This document shows, piece after piece, positions 51,057 to 63,577 of a DNA stretch of 63,950 nucleotides. Made by a program: the position numbers and the translations under genes. Numbering within the stretch: position 1 is the first letter of the stretch; every line of letters starts with the position of its first letter. Location: assembly GCF_001194135.2 (NCBI RefSeq), contig NC_068984.1, positions 140,916,003-140,979,952 on the forward strand, written 5' to 3'. The notes beneath the pieces are model-generated. The model did not search any database. It was not told where the DNA came from and worked only from the letters and a program-made list of their open reading frames with translations. The DNA comes from Octopus bimaculoides (Eukaryota).

Positions 51057-53427
51057 TATTGTTATTATTAATATCTTGAGATTGAAGTTTCTGGATAATT
51101 TGGGAGATTTAGAGGTTTAAGTCTGGCTATTTTATGAAAGGAAGTGTCAGGTCATGCCATTTTGAGACAAAATCAGGACAGATGTACATTATTAAGCATC
51201 GAGTTATTAGTCATAATGAAACTGAGAGAGAGATAATGAAAGTGATTTGTTAAAAAGTTCGTCTTGGGGAGAGTAAACGAGCCTCTTTGTTGTGGAGGTG
51301 TGAAGGAAGGATAGAGATCACAGAATCTGTTACCATCATCATCATCATCACCATCATCACCACCACCACCAACACCAACACCATCATTATCATCAACTTT
51401 TCCATTTAACCATGGGTTACTCTTTTACTCTTTTACTTGTTTCAGTCATTTGACTGTGGCCATGCTGGAGCACTGCCTTTAGTTGAGCAAATCGACCCTG
51501 GGACTTATTCTTTGTAAGCCTAGTACTTATTCTATCAGTCTCTTTTGCCAAACTGCTAAGTGACGGGGACATAAACACACCAGCATCTGTTAAGCAATGC
51601 TAGGGGGACAAACACAGACACACAAACACACACACACATATATATATACATATATACGACGGGCTTCTTTCAATTTCCGTCTACCATATCCACTCACAAG
51701 GCTTTGGTTGGCCCGAGGCTATAGTAGAAGACACTTGCCCAAGATGCCACGCAGTGGGACTGAACCCGGAACCATATGGTTGGTAAGCAAACTACTTACC
51801 ACACAGCCACCCCTGCGCCTATGGATGGGATTTTTTAAAAAACTTATTTTATGACTTGATGCATTTTCTGATGCCAACTCTTTTAGTTGTCCCTTATAGC
51901 AAAGATGTGATGTAAATGAAAGAAGTTATTCATCTTCTTATCCAGCTCCAAACATTGAGCCAAGATTTTATTCTGCTAAGATGGCAAGCTAGCAGAATCG
52001 TTAGCCTGCTGACGTTCTGTGTTCAAATTCCGCCAGGGTTGACTTTGCCTTTCATCATTTCGGAATCAATAAAATAAGTCTCATTTCTGCATTTTTATTC
52101 GTTTGTTTTGTTTAATGTTAATTTTCCATGCTGTCATGGGTCGAACGGTTTGACTGAGGTCTGGAGAGCCAGCAGCTGCACCAGGTTCCAATCTGATCTG
52201 GCAGAGTTTCTACAGCTGGATGCCCTTCCTAACGCCAACCACTCCGAGAGTGTAGCGAGTACTTTTTATGTGCCACTGGCACAGGAGCCAGTAAGGCAAG
52301 CCTGGCATCAATCACATTCAGATAGTGCTTTTTACGTGCCACTGGCATGGGAGCCAATCAGTGGGTACTGGCATAGGCCACATCCAGATGGTACTTTTTA
52401 TGTGCCACCGGCACGGGGGACAGTCAGTGGGTATTGATATTTTGCCAAATTAGATTTAAAGTGCGTGTGGAGAGGGTGGTAGGTGGGGTGGTATTTCAGG
52501 AGACAGAAATGCATTCTGAAGTAAGAGAAGCAATGACAACAAATATATCAATATGCTTCTTAATCAGAAAATTCCTTCGATAACAATTGAAACTTCTTAC
52601 ATTAAGTTTCAGAGAACAATTGAACATGATGTTGGAAATGGCGTTGATAATAATGTATTTCTTGAGATGATGGTGGACCAGAGTAAGCTCTTTCTGTTGG
52701 TACCACAATGAAATGGATCCAGTAAACTCTGTATGTAAAGTGATTGATGGAAGGAAGGAAGGACAGCCAGCTTTAAAAACCATACAAAAAATGGACTGGG
52801 TTAGGCCTAGGAGGGCAGGAATTCCAAATAAGCTAGACCGGCCTAGAAAAGCTGACAATTATTGGTTTCATGTTTTGGTATAAGGCCAGCAGAGGCAGGG
52901 GGTGGGGTGGGGGTAAGCTGATTACATTGACCCCAGAGTTGAACTAGTACTTATTTTATTGACCCTAAACGGATAAAAGTCAAAGTTGACCTTGGCGATG
53001 GTGATGTATGTATTATTGCTAAAACTGTTGAAATTTTATGTATGAACATAGATAAGATCCTAAATAAATTGGAGTTATCAGGGATGGTGATCAGTTGAGT
53101 TTTATCTGCATTAGGGATTGAAGTATTATCTTTTGTGGAAAAGACTGACAAAGATCATGTGATTAGTTATGAGAATTAGGGATGTAAAACTATCAAAGGA
53201 TAAAAAAAAAAAAACAGTTATAATCTGTTGATAAATTTGTCAGTTTCTCTTGGAAATATATGAACCATTATTGAGACCAGGTACTGCCACTGCATCACAT
53301 TTCTAAATGAAGTTTTCCATTTTCTTAAGGAATTCTACAGCAAAAGACATTTGAAGATATAAAAGTGGAGGTAATACTGACGCCACTGGTCTAAATTTAT
53401 GAAATCACAAAAGTAATAACACTGTCT

Positions 53428-53811
53428 CAGTGATTTTCAACCACTTTTTACCTTTGGACCCCCCCCCNNNNNNNNNNCCGCTTGATTACTATTCTAACCT
53501 GGTGGACCCGCATAGTCATTTGACATAGTTTCATAGATACGTCTTTCAAAATTCCTATTCTGTTTTTAACACATTCACTTGTGTAAGTTTGTAATAACAC
53601 TCTCTCTCTCTCTGAGAGAACACGTTTCAATGGCTGGAAACTGGTTGAACTATACAAAACATGAGAGAAAGAAACTTGTTCCTTGCAATAAATACATTGA
53701 AAACAAAATTTGTTCAGGGACCCTTAAAACACTACAATGCATCCTGAGTTTATCATTTTGCTTGTGTGGATCCCTCAAAAATCTTATATGATTCCTGGTT
53801 GAGAACTGCTG
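53428..53811. mobile_element. hAT (Charlie-type) MITE, diverged, inserted in the Gypsy fossil
   Basis: CAGTGATTTTCAACC...GGTTGAGAACTGCTG; same family ends as 44287-44528; TSD not recognisable. Confidence 0.7.
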
Positions 53812-56177
53812 TACTACCCTCTGCTATATTTGTCAGGAGCTTTAACCATAACTGCAAAAAAAAAAGTGTGTGTGTGTGGGGGGGGGGGGCTCAAATATAG
53901 AAAGGGAAACCTTAGTGATTGTGATTGCATGGCATATTCAAAGAGAATGGCATTTTCAGCTTGTTCCAAAATTTTCATCTACTTCAGATTATTGGCCTCC
54001 GATATTTACTTTTAGTAAAAATTGTGATTTGCTAAGAGTAACATCTGCATGTATCTGAAGATGGGCCTTAAAAATGATAGCATTTGGTTTTGAAAGATAT
54101 TGTATAAAAGGATCTGAAATACCATGCGTTGGTGCCTAATCCTGATAAGAATTTGTTTATGATATTGGTTTGGATGAATGGGATAATGATGAAGATGATA
54201 GAGTTTTCTTGAAGAAAGTGATGTTATAGTTTGGCAGTGCCCCAGCATGGCCACAGCCCACAGGCTGAAACTGGTTGAAAAGAAAGATTATAAAACATGT
54301 AAATAATATAATCAGAGACTGGTAATGATTTTATCTGGTATATTAATAACTGTTTAATTATAACCGGAGTAAATTGTTCTGTTGTCAGACAACCATTTTA
54401 AATCATTGAAGACTAAGTTGACAGTTGAAGATGTTATCTTGTATAATGGAGATTTAGTTGTTTTGCCAACCTGATGGGAACATTGGTAATGAAAGCTGTA
54501 CATAAGGATATAGGTCGTGACTCACTGGCATAGCTGAATAAGTTTAAATTGGAAAGCATTGTGGTCAGGTTGTTGTGGAAATATGGAAGTATACGGAAAA
54601 AGTCTGGCATAACACCTGAATTACCTGACACTGTGCATACACTGGTCTAAAAATAAACATTGGTTGCCATTTTTGGCACAAGGCCAACTATTTCAGAGGA
54701 AGTCGATTGCATTAACCTCCAACAAATAACTGGTATTTATTTTATTGACTCTGAAAGGCAAAGTCAACCTCAGCAGAATTTGAATTCAAGACTGATGAAA
54801 TGCCACGAAGCATTTTGCCAGGTGTGCTAACGATGCCGCCAGCCTGCTACCTTTGTCTATAAATAAATATCAACCACATGGCTCAGGAGTGGCTGTGTGG
54901 TAAGAAGCTTGCTTCCTAACCCCATGGTTCTGGATTCAGTCCCACTGCATGGCACCTTGGGCAAGTGTCTTCTACTATAGCCTGAGAGCAAAACAAAGCC
55001 TTGTAAGTGGATTTGGTAGACGGAAACTGAAAGAAGCCCATCGTATGTATATGTATGTATATATCTTATGTGTGTGTCTGTGATTGTCTCTCCCATCACC
55101 ACTTGACAACCAGTTCGGGTGTGTTAATGTCCCCGTAACTTAGCAGTTTCCCCACAGAGACTGATAGAATAAGTACCTTTGGAAACATGGGTGTTTTTGT
55201 TCAACATCCTTAAACAACTCATATTCAGGGACCGTTGAGTGGGATGGGCAACTCGACCTGAAGAAAATTCTTACTGGGCTCCACCTTCAAGGTCATGTGC
55301 TGTTTATCTTGATATGAGATCACCATGTCGCGTGCATGTGGCTATGATGCATGTGCCTGGTGTACCCTTATCAGATGGGTAGACATGATGGGTATATTGG
55401 GCTTTATATATTTTACCCCAGTGTCACTTTGATGTCATGCACTGCTCTCTCACTCAATAATAATAATAATAATGATAATAATAGCAGCTGATTTCAAATT
55501 TTTGCAATAAAAGTAATAGTGGATAAAATGTGTCTTGGGAGAGCTTGTAACTGATTATACTTATAATCAAATATATTCTATCCATGACCATCCCATCTTT
55601 TTATATCAGATATATCATGTGTCCTTTATTATAAGGTAGTTAGATGTGGTTTGAGGTCGAATTTGACTGCTATTTCTAGCAGTTCAAGGGACCATATAAT
55701 TGTGTGCTGACAGAATAGGGTGTAGTTAGAAAGGTGTGTGTGTGTGTGTTTGTGCATGTGTGGACAGTGTAAAATGGTGATGGGGTGTGTGTTTAATGGT
55801 GTTGATGTAGAGATAATGTCTAGAATGGTGGGGAGCAGGAAGAGGAAATTCCTTTTCAAGAATGATATTGCTATGGATGTTGCAATAAGTGGAGGGACAT
55901 TCTTCACCCTTTGTTTTTATGTCTTTTCTGTGATTCATTGAAGCCTCATCACATCCTCCTTCTCCCTCCCCCACCCCTACCGGCCCCACCCCTGCAGGGT
56001 GTCCCCTCCCTACCACCGCCACCACCACCTCAGTGAGTCATTTATTACTTTTACAGACTTGAAAAAGCTGGGGTCTGTGGGTTTGTCTTTGTATGGAAGT
56101 GTAGTGTGCATGCATGTGTAACATTGGCTGTGTGTGTGTGTGTGTGTGTTTAAAGAAGTTTAGTTTTGTGTATGTGG

Positions 56178-56212
<35 letters not shown>

Positions 56213-57626
56213 TTATAGTGTAATTGTGTGTGTGTTTGTGTATAAAAAGGGTAGTTTGTGTGTGTGTGCGTGTTTGAAAGTTAAATGGGTGAAGTGTGTC
56301 ACTTGTGTGTACATGTACAGAAGTTTAGATGTGTACATTTGTAATAAAAAGACTATAATGTGTGTAGTGTGTGTGTATATATATGTATATATATGTATGT
56401 ATATGTATGTATGTATATATATGTATATATATATATATATGTATATATGTGTATGTATGTATATATATTCATGTAGTGTGTGTGGAATGTGTTGTATATG
56501 GATGTAATGTGTGTGGTGTGTGTATGTACTTGTGTATGTATGTTATTGATTGTAATTATGTTTTTGTCTTCTTGAAACAAAAAATAAAATATAAAGAAAA
56601 TATAACACAAACCAAAAACTTTGAAACAAAACATTTTTTAAAAGTTAGGGTTTTAATAGTATTTAATTTCTTGTTATAGAATTATCATAAAAAAATATTT
56701 AAGAAGTATTTAAAGCAATCACAATTAGATTTAAGAAAATAATTTCTAAAAATTTGTTTGAATTTTTTCAAACGTTGACATTGGCACAAGGCCAGTAATT
56801 TTGGTAGAGCGGGCAAGTTGATTACATTGACCCCAGTACTCAGCTGGTATCTATTTTATCGACTCCCAAAACATAAAGATGGATGAAATGCTGCTAAGTA
56901 ATTTACCTGGTGTGTTAACGATTCTGCCAGTCCACCACTCTAATTTAATTGAATAATATTAATTGTATTTCTATAAAAAAAATCAATAAAGAATATTCTA
57001 AAAAAAAAGATGATCCAGGTGAAAATGATATTGTTTAGCCAACGTTCAGGCCTGATTGAAGAAACCTATGGTCAAAGACATTCCAGTTGTGAACATCCTG
57101 CCTCATAGTCCTGTATATCTGGGACTACTTTGGTTCAGTGTAGGATAAAGTTTGAGGGAGATTTGGCTGTTATTTTTAGCATGTTAGGTGATAACAGAGA
57201 GAATCAGCACAATTGGAATGAGTTGCTGGTGGAGTTACATGAGATTTAGTTAGTGTTTAAGCAAAGATCTATTGATGTAGATGAGATGTGATTGATTTGG
57301 TTGTTAATGAAAGTGTCTGTAGTAGGAGACAGACAAACAGACAGACATGTATCCATCTCCTCAAAAGTATTTGATTGTTTTTAGTAATAACCTGAGACCA
57401 TATTTCTAACTATAAAGACCCACATTGAACTCCTGGAACAGTGCTGTTGAGACATATACATCCTGGGCCACATCACAGACTAAGATACTTCTTTTGAGTT
57501 AGAAAAGTCTCTTGGCCTTTTATCAGCTGCTATCGCTCTTTGAAGCCAGGTAAGAACCACAATGGAGAACTGCTCAGATTTGTGGGATTCTGCCATTGCT
57601 CTATGCAAATATTTACAATGGTTTCC

Positions 57627-57861
57627 TATTTCTTTATTGCCCACAAGGGGATAAACATAGAGGGGACAAACAAGGACAGACAAAGGGATTAAATCGATTA
57701 CATTGACTCCAGTGCGTAACTGGTACTTAATTTATTGATCCCGAAAGGATGAAAGGCAAAGTCGACCTCGGCGGAATTTGAACTCAGAACGTAGCGGCAG
57801 ACAAAATACTGCTAAGCATTTCGCCCGGAGTGCTACCGTTTCTGCCAGCTAGCCGCCTTGT
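57627..57861 (-). mobile_element. SINE family A with 17-bp TSD
   Basis: TSD TATTTACA(A/C)TGGTTTCC. Other copies near 1340, 3098-3330, 12331-12543, 15030-15240, 21268-21465, 34110-34530, 51985, 52865, 54670, 56780. Confidence 0.9.
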
Positions 57862-58494
57862 TATTTACACTGGTTTCCAATAATGAATTATTAAGGATTC
57901 ACCATCGTCATCATCAGTTTTCCATGCTGGCATGGGTTGGATCGTTTGACAAAGGAAGCAGCACCAGGCTCCAATTGTCTGTTTTGTCATGGTCTCTGAA
58001 GCTGCCTTTTCTAATGTCAACCACTTCACAGAGTGTACTGGGTACCTTTCATGTGACACCAGCATGGGTATTTTATTATATGGCACCAGCACGGGTGCTT
58101 TTTATGTGGCACTGGCATGGATGGTATTTCGTGGCACCAGCACCAGCAGGGTTGCCAAGTTACTTGCAAGACAAAGACCTCTTAGCTGGAAGAAAGAGTG
58201 AAATCCAGGGAAGTGAAGGATTGTAGATCCTGATTTATAGCAGAATTTGTACTTGTTTTCCTCTGTTTTTATAGATTCCACAAATGGCTGTGTCCACATT
58301 TCTAACAAAGTAGCCATTCTCTTGGTAATTCTCATTATTTGTTTCCAAAACTGTTTATTAGCAATGTGTTCTTCTCTTGATTCTTCTAATTTTTTTTTTC
58401 CTTTATAAGACTCACCATTTTCTAAATGTTTACCTTCAGCTATTTTCTTCAGAATATCCATCATGTGATTGTTTATCTGTTTATTTGTTTACAG

Positions 58495-58616
58495 GCAGGA
58501 TTCCGAGATGGTGTTGATGGTGGTGAAGAACAAGTTCTTCAAAGTAGTTTTGAAACTGGATATGCCATGGCAGCCAAGGAAGCTTGTGAACTTGGCCGTA
58601 TTCAGGGCCAAATTAG
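58495..58616 (+). CDS. YAE1: YAE1 coding exon 2 (122 nt, Yae1_N domain core)
   Basis: Acceptor TTTGTTTACAG|G and donor AG|GTCAGT. Encodes AGFRDGVDGGEEQVLQSSFETGYAMAAKEACELGRIQGQI(S), matching the Yae1_N pattern G(Y/F)R(D/E)G..G....LQ.(G/S)F..GY........G...G..S. Confidence 0.95.
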
Positions 58617-59000
58617 GTCAGTCAACTATTTTATTTATTCATTTATTTAGATGCTGTCATGTCAGGTTTTCTCCTCTCTTTGATTTTCTTTTGTTATGAC
58701 CTTATTAGAGGCATTACAGTACCCAAGATTTGTTGTAGAGCTTCTCAAACTGTGGTGGGTGGAAAATGAATTAGGTTACCTTGAAGACAGAGACCTCATC
58801 TGAAGCCTCAATAGGGTGGAATATTGGATTATGTCTACCCCACATGAACAGATACAATCTTTCTGGTTGGTTTACACAAATTTCATGTACCAAATTCCAA
58901 TCACAAGGCATTGGTCCAATTGGGACCATAGCAGAGAGATTGAACCTGGAACCACTTAATTGTGAAATAAGCTTTTTATCCATGCAACCGTGCCTACTTC

Positions 59001-59160
59001 CAGGGCTGACTCAAGGCACTGGCAACTTCAGCAGTCACCCGGGGCACCATGTGTTAGTGGGCACCAAGGAGGGTGTGACACAGACAAAGAAATTTCCACA
59101 ACTGCCAGTTTGTACACGCTGAAGTTCAACTTGCCCGGGGTACCAGCTACCCTTGGGTTG
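59001..59160. mobile_element. Possible hAT MITE remnant
   Basis: CAGGGCTGACTC start and internal CCCGGGG motifs; right TIR not clear. Confidence 0.3.
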
Positions 59161-59383
59161 AGATGAGATGTATCGCTGCCATTGTCATCACCTTCATCAT
59201 TTTGTTTGACTTCTTCCAATGATCCTTTATGATCTCTCCTGGCAACGCTTCCCCATATATCTCCTGCTCTATGTACTGCATTGTAACATTGAACCCTGCA
59301 CTGTTGTCTTGTGCACTACACTACACTCCAATAGTCATCAGGTGACACAGGAAGGGCTCATACCCAACAATTAGCATTATAGT

Positions 59384-59945
59384 CAGCTGCTACAAGGGTA
59401 AAGGAGATGTCAATAACAGAGGTATCAAACTACTTGACTAGGTCATGAAAGTTACAGAGAAAGTTATAGCCTAATTCATTAAGAACAAAGTTAGACTCGA
59501 TGAGATGCAGCTAGGTTTTGTGCCAGGGAGAAGTACTACAGATGCAATCTTCTTATTGAGACAGTTTCAGGGAAAGTATCTGGCCAATAGTAAACCATTG
59601 TACTTGATATTTGTCAGCCTGGAGAAAGCTCACAACAGGTTCCTGCAATGTTTGATATATAAGAAGTTAGGTTCTGTCACTAGGGTGAGGGTCAGCCATA
59701 AGCACTGATGAATTTAGTACATAAATACGAGTTCATCAGAGCTCTGTTCAAAGTCTCCTCTTCTTCATCATAGTCTCCAGGCCATAACAGAGGAATTTAA
59801 GACAGGCTGACTGTTGGAGCTATTATTTGCTGATGGCCTCACTCTTTTAAGAGAATTGGAAAAGAAATTCTTTGAATGGAATGAAAACTTGGAGTTAAAA
59901 GGTCTTGAAGTTAACTTAGCAAAGACCAAAATTGTAGTTAGCATG
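59384..59945 (+). mobile_element. RTE LINE reverse-transcriptase fragment (decayed), YAE1 intron 2
   Basis: CYKGKGD...RGIKLLD*VMKV...MQLGFVPGRSTTDAIFLLRQ...LEKA...LLFADGL...KGLEVNLAKTK. Confidence 0.9.
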
Positions 59946-60777
59946 AAAGCAGTTAATGCTCTCATTCCATCAGGTAAATGGCTCTAAACTAAAATCTGGA
60001 AGTACTGTCTATTATGTGTTCTCCACCAACATGTTACATAAATTCATCCTCACCCCTGCTCCAATGAACCAAACTACATCTCATCATGCATGACACTTGT
60101 CTCTTGCCCCTGGCTTCTGCAGCCCAATGCTGCTTGTCATCTCATCTCCCTCTCTCCTGTCCTCCCCTTGCCAACCTTATCATTGCTATCCTGTTACTCC
60201 CCTAGATACCCACATCCACAGCTCACTGCACCCCCCTTCTCTTTCCCCCTCTCCCGCCCTCCTTTTGCACTCTCCTGATCCCCTTGCTCACTCACCCTGA
60301 CCAATCCTTTGTACCACCCCATTTACATTCACCTCCTTCTGCCTTGAGGTTACACCCAGGTACATTTACACCAACATCTCTCTTTCTTTCTCTCCCCCTC
60401 CCCTCCCCCTCTCTCTCCCTCTACCTCTTCTCTCTGAGGTAACTCCTGTTCTTCTCTACAGCAAGGGCACCTGTTTCTGTTGGTCTATCATACTTTAACC
60501 TTTCATCACCTGACGTAAACCCACCTCCCTCAATACCACTACCCTTCTCAGACTTATTAATTTTTCTATATGTGACTGGATTTTCATGGATGAGTTCAGG
60601 AACTTTGGTTCTTTTCTCTAAAACTATATATTTGTATATTTTATACTGTGAAACTTAATTTAATTTTAATTTTTGATAAATTGAGTTTTTACCTGTAAAT
60701 TCGGATTTTTATCCCTAATATTATATATATATAAGCAATGTTAATTCTCTAAATGAAGTATTAACAGTAACTGCACG

Positions 60778-61114
60778 ATAAAGTGTAGTATATTGCCACT
60801 TAAGTGTGGCTGACCCCTAGGGGTGGATGTTACTGTTGCTTTTAGCCCCAGGAGGACATCTCCTCCAGCTGGCTTATCGACACACGACTGTGTCCTGTTC
60901 ATCAGCTGTCGAACGCCGAAGAAGGGAAATAACCCTGAAATCCGGATACGTTCGTGCTGCTGGTCGTGGTGAGAGGGATAACTCCCTTGGCAAACAGGAC
61001 ACAGTCGTGTGTCGATAAGCCAGCTGGAGGAGATGTCCTCCTGGGGCTAAAAGCAACAGTAACATCCACCCCTAGGGGTCAGCCACACTTAAGTGGCAAT
61101 ATACTACACTTTAT
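60778..61114 (+). mobile_element. Fold-back element, 122-bp near-perfect TIRs around a hammerhead, in YAE1 intron 2
   Basis: Arms 60778-60899 and 60993-61114 differ only by two 1-nt homopolymer indels. The right end abuts an N gap followed by (TA)n. Confidence 0.85.
60910..60954 (+). ncRNA. Minimal type-I hammerhead ribozyme motif (core variant CCGAAGA)
   Basis: CGAACG-CCGAAGA-AGGG(AAAUAA)CCCU-GAA-AUCCGGAU-A^-CGUUCG: 6-bp stem I, 4-bp stem II, perfect palindromic stem III. U4 is replaced by C. Confidence 0.75.
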
Positions 61115-61261
61115 NNNNNNNNNNNNNNNNNNNNNNNNNNNNNNNNNNNNNNNNNNNNNNNNNNNNNNNNNNNNNNNNNATATATATATATATATATATA
61201 TACAGCTTTAGTGCTTTTAGGCAGTTTTGTAGAAAGTATCATATGTAATTATGTAACAACA

Positions 61262-61304
<43 letters not shown>

Positions 61305-61371
61305 CTCTACATTTAATCGGTTTTTCTTCTGGAATGATAATTTAATGTCTTTCATTTCTTTCTCTTCACAG

Positions 61372-61810
61372 TGCTTTACTGCTTTTCAACCGACACATTA
61401 AACATGGACAGCTGTTTAATGAAGAAATGTCCAACCATTTCAAGCAACTTCTTGCCGAAATCAACTCCTACAAGCTGACTAACAGTCCACCGGGCATTTC
61501 TTTAACATGCGGAGCCAAAGAGCGAATTAATGAGGCTGTATTTGGGCCTGAAAAGAACTCTGACCAGTCGCATTCATTACAATACCACCCACACAACCCT
61601 GGCCCCATCACTGACCGCAACTATGCTTACCAGCCAAACCAGAATCAATCTTACGTCGACACAAACTCAATGTATGATTTAGATGCTGGCGTTACCGTGG
61701 CAAGGTCCATGCCACTTTCTACAGCACAGAACATTACTACTTTCAAGGACCGATTCCAACGTCTGCTGCAGATGTGCGATGGTTCACTGGTCGCCAAGTT
61801 TATTTCCTGA
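61372..61810 (+). CDS. YAE1: YAE1 coding exon 3 (last coding exon, ends TGA)
   Basis: Pyrimidine tract + CACAG acceptor at 61371. The phase-2 join gives SALLLFNRHIK..., matching the SALL motif after Yae1_N, and reads open to TGA at 61808-61810. Total CDS 732 nt = 243 aa. Confidence 0.9.
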
Positions 61811-63320
61811 GTAACAGCCTGTAGAGGCAATGATCTTCTTCCCCCCGTGCATCACTGCAGCCACCACTACTAACACAACCAACCATCACCATTACTTTTT
61901 CCACCACTAACACCACCATCACCTCCACCACCACCACCACTACCACACCACCACCCACTATGACCTTTTCCCTCCTTACTTCTTACACTCAATTCTGCTC
62001 CAATTGTTGTGGGTCTCCATACATATTACACACTTTGTGTATGATGAGTTTTCTATTGCATACAGAAACAATATTACATCTGTTTTGTTTCCAATAGATT
62101 CATGGTTCACAGCATTTTCCGAATGAATGACCCTAATTTCTTTCCAATGGACTTCCTTATACCAACTCGCTACATCTCTTGAGAATAACGAATAATGGCC
62201 AGATTCGAAAGTAAATTAACTGGACATTTCTGGTTTACACAAATCAGTGCATTTCTACCTGTCTGAATGATGCCGTTTACAGAGTGTGACGGAAGAGATA
62301 CCTGTACATTAGAAATTAATAAGGAACATTCATATAATCTTCACTTCTCACATTGTCCTGAATTCACTGAGGTGCCCAGTGGGTGGGTATTTAACTTGCT
62401 AGAAATAACAACTATCTTCCTCAAGTCATATTCTGCTGTTTTACAAAAACATAGAGGACACACTAGATAATGCAGTCCTGAATAAAAGACAACACGGTCA
62501 CAGCCAGAATATTTTTGATCATAGGGCTGTTAGCTCTGGGATGACCTAGGGTTAAACAATAACAACATGATCCAGGAACTTCTTCAGTTTGAGTCTGCTG
62601 CTGCTGCTGCTACTGCTGCTGCTACTGCTGCTGTTGCTGTTACTTTGTTGTTTTTTTTAGAATCTACAAAACGAAAACTTTTAAAACAAAAGCTTAAAAT
62701 TCTCACCCCCCCNNNNNNNNNNNNNNNNNNNNNNNNNNNNNNNNNNNNNNNNNNNNNNNNNNNNNNNNNNNNNNNNNNNNNNNNNNNNNNNNNNNNNNNN
62801 NNNNNNNNNNNNNNNNNNNNNNNNNNNNNNNNNNNNNNNNNNNNNNNNNNNNNNNNNNNNNNNNNNNNNNNNNNNNNNNNNNNNNNNNNNNNNNNNNNNN
62901 NNNNNNNNNNNNNNNNNNNNNNNNNNNNNNNNNNNNNNNNNNNNNNNNNNNNNNNNNNNNNNNNNNNNNNNNNNNNNNNNNNNNNNNNNNNNNNNNNNNN
63001 NNNNNNNNNNNNNNNNNNNNNNNNNNNNNNNNNNNNNNNNNNNNNNNNNNNNNNNNNNNNNNNNNNNNNNNNNNNNNNNNNNNNNNNNNNNNNNNNNNNN
63101 NNNNNNNNNNNNNNNNNNNNNNNNNNNNNNNNNNNNNNNNNNNNNNNNNNNNNNNNNNNNNNNNNNNNNNNNNNNNNNNNNNNNNNNNNNNNNNNNNNNN
63201 NNNNNNNNNNNNNNNNNNNNNNNNNNTGTTATTACCACGACAACCAGTACCACTACTACTACTACCACCACCATCACCACCACTGCCACTAACAACACCA
63301 CCACCACCACCACCACCACC

Positions 63321-63376
<56 letters not shown>

Positions 63377-63537
63377 CACTACCAGCATGGTCACTATTAC
63401 AACTTCCTCAACCACACAGCCTATGCGATGAATCTGAACCTAATGACACTTATTAAAATTGCTCTGAACTATATATGCAAATAAGGATTATTTGTGTGAA
63501 TTAGATTCATTGTAGACATACAAACTGTGTGTGTATA

Positions 63538-63577
<40 letters not shown>

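Larger units (their letters stand above)
50110..54650 (+). mobile_element. Ancient fragmented Ty3/Gypsy gag-pol fossil in YAE1 intron 1
   Basis: Colinear decayed motifs: HRICY (~51320), YPAP (51939), FAKLDLK (52441), FQRTIE (~52607), GDVCIIAKTVE (~53000), QQKTFEDIK (~53338), RWALKM (54059), LTVEDVILYNGDLVVLP (54418). Gag/protease similarity at 50110-50770 is weaker. Confidence 0.7.
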
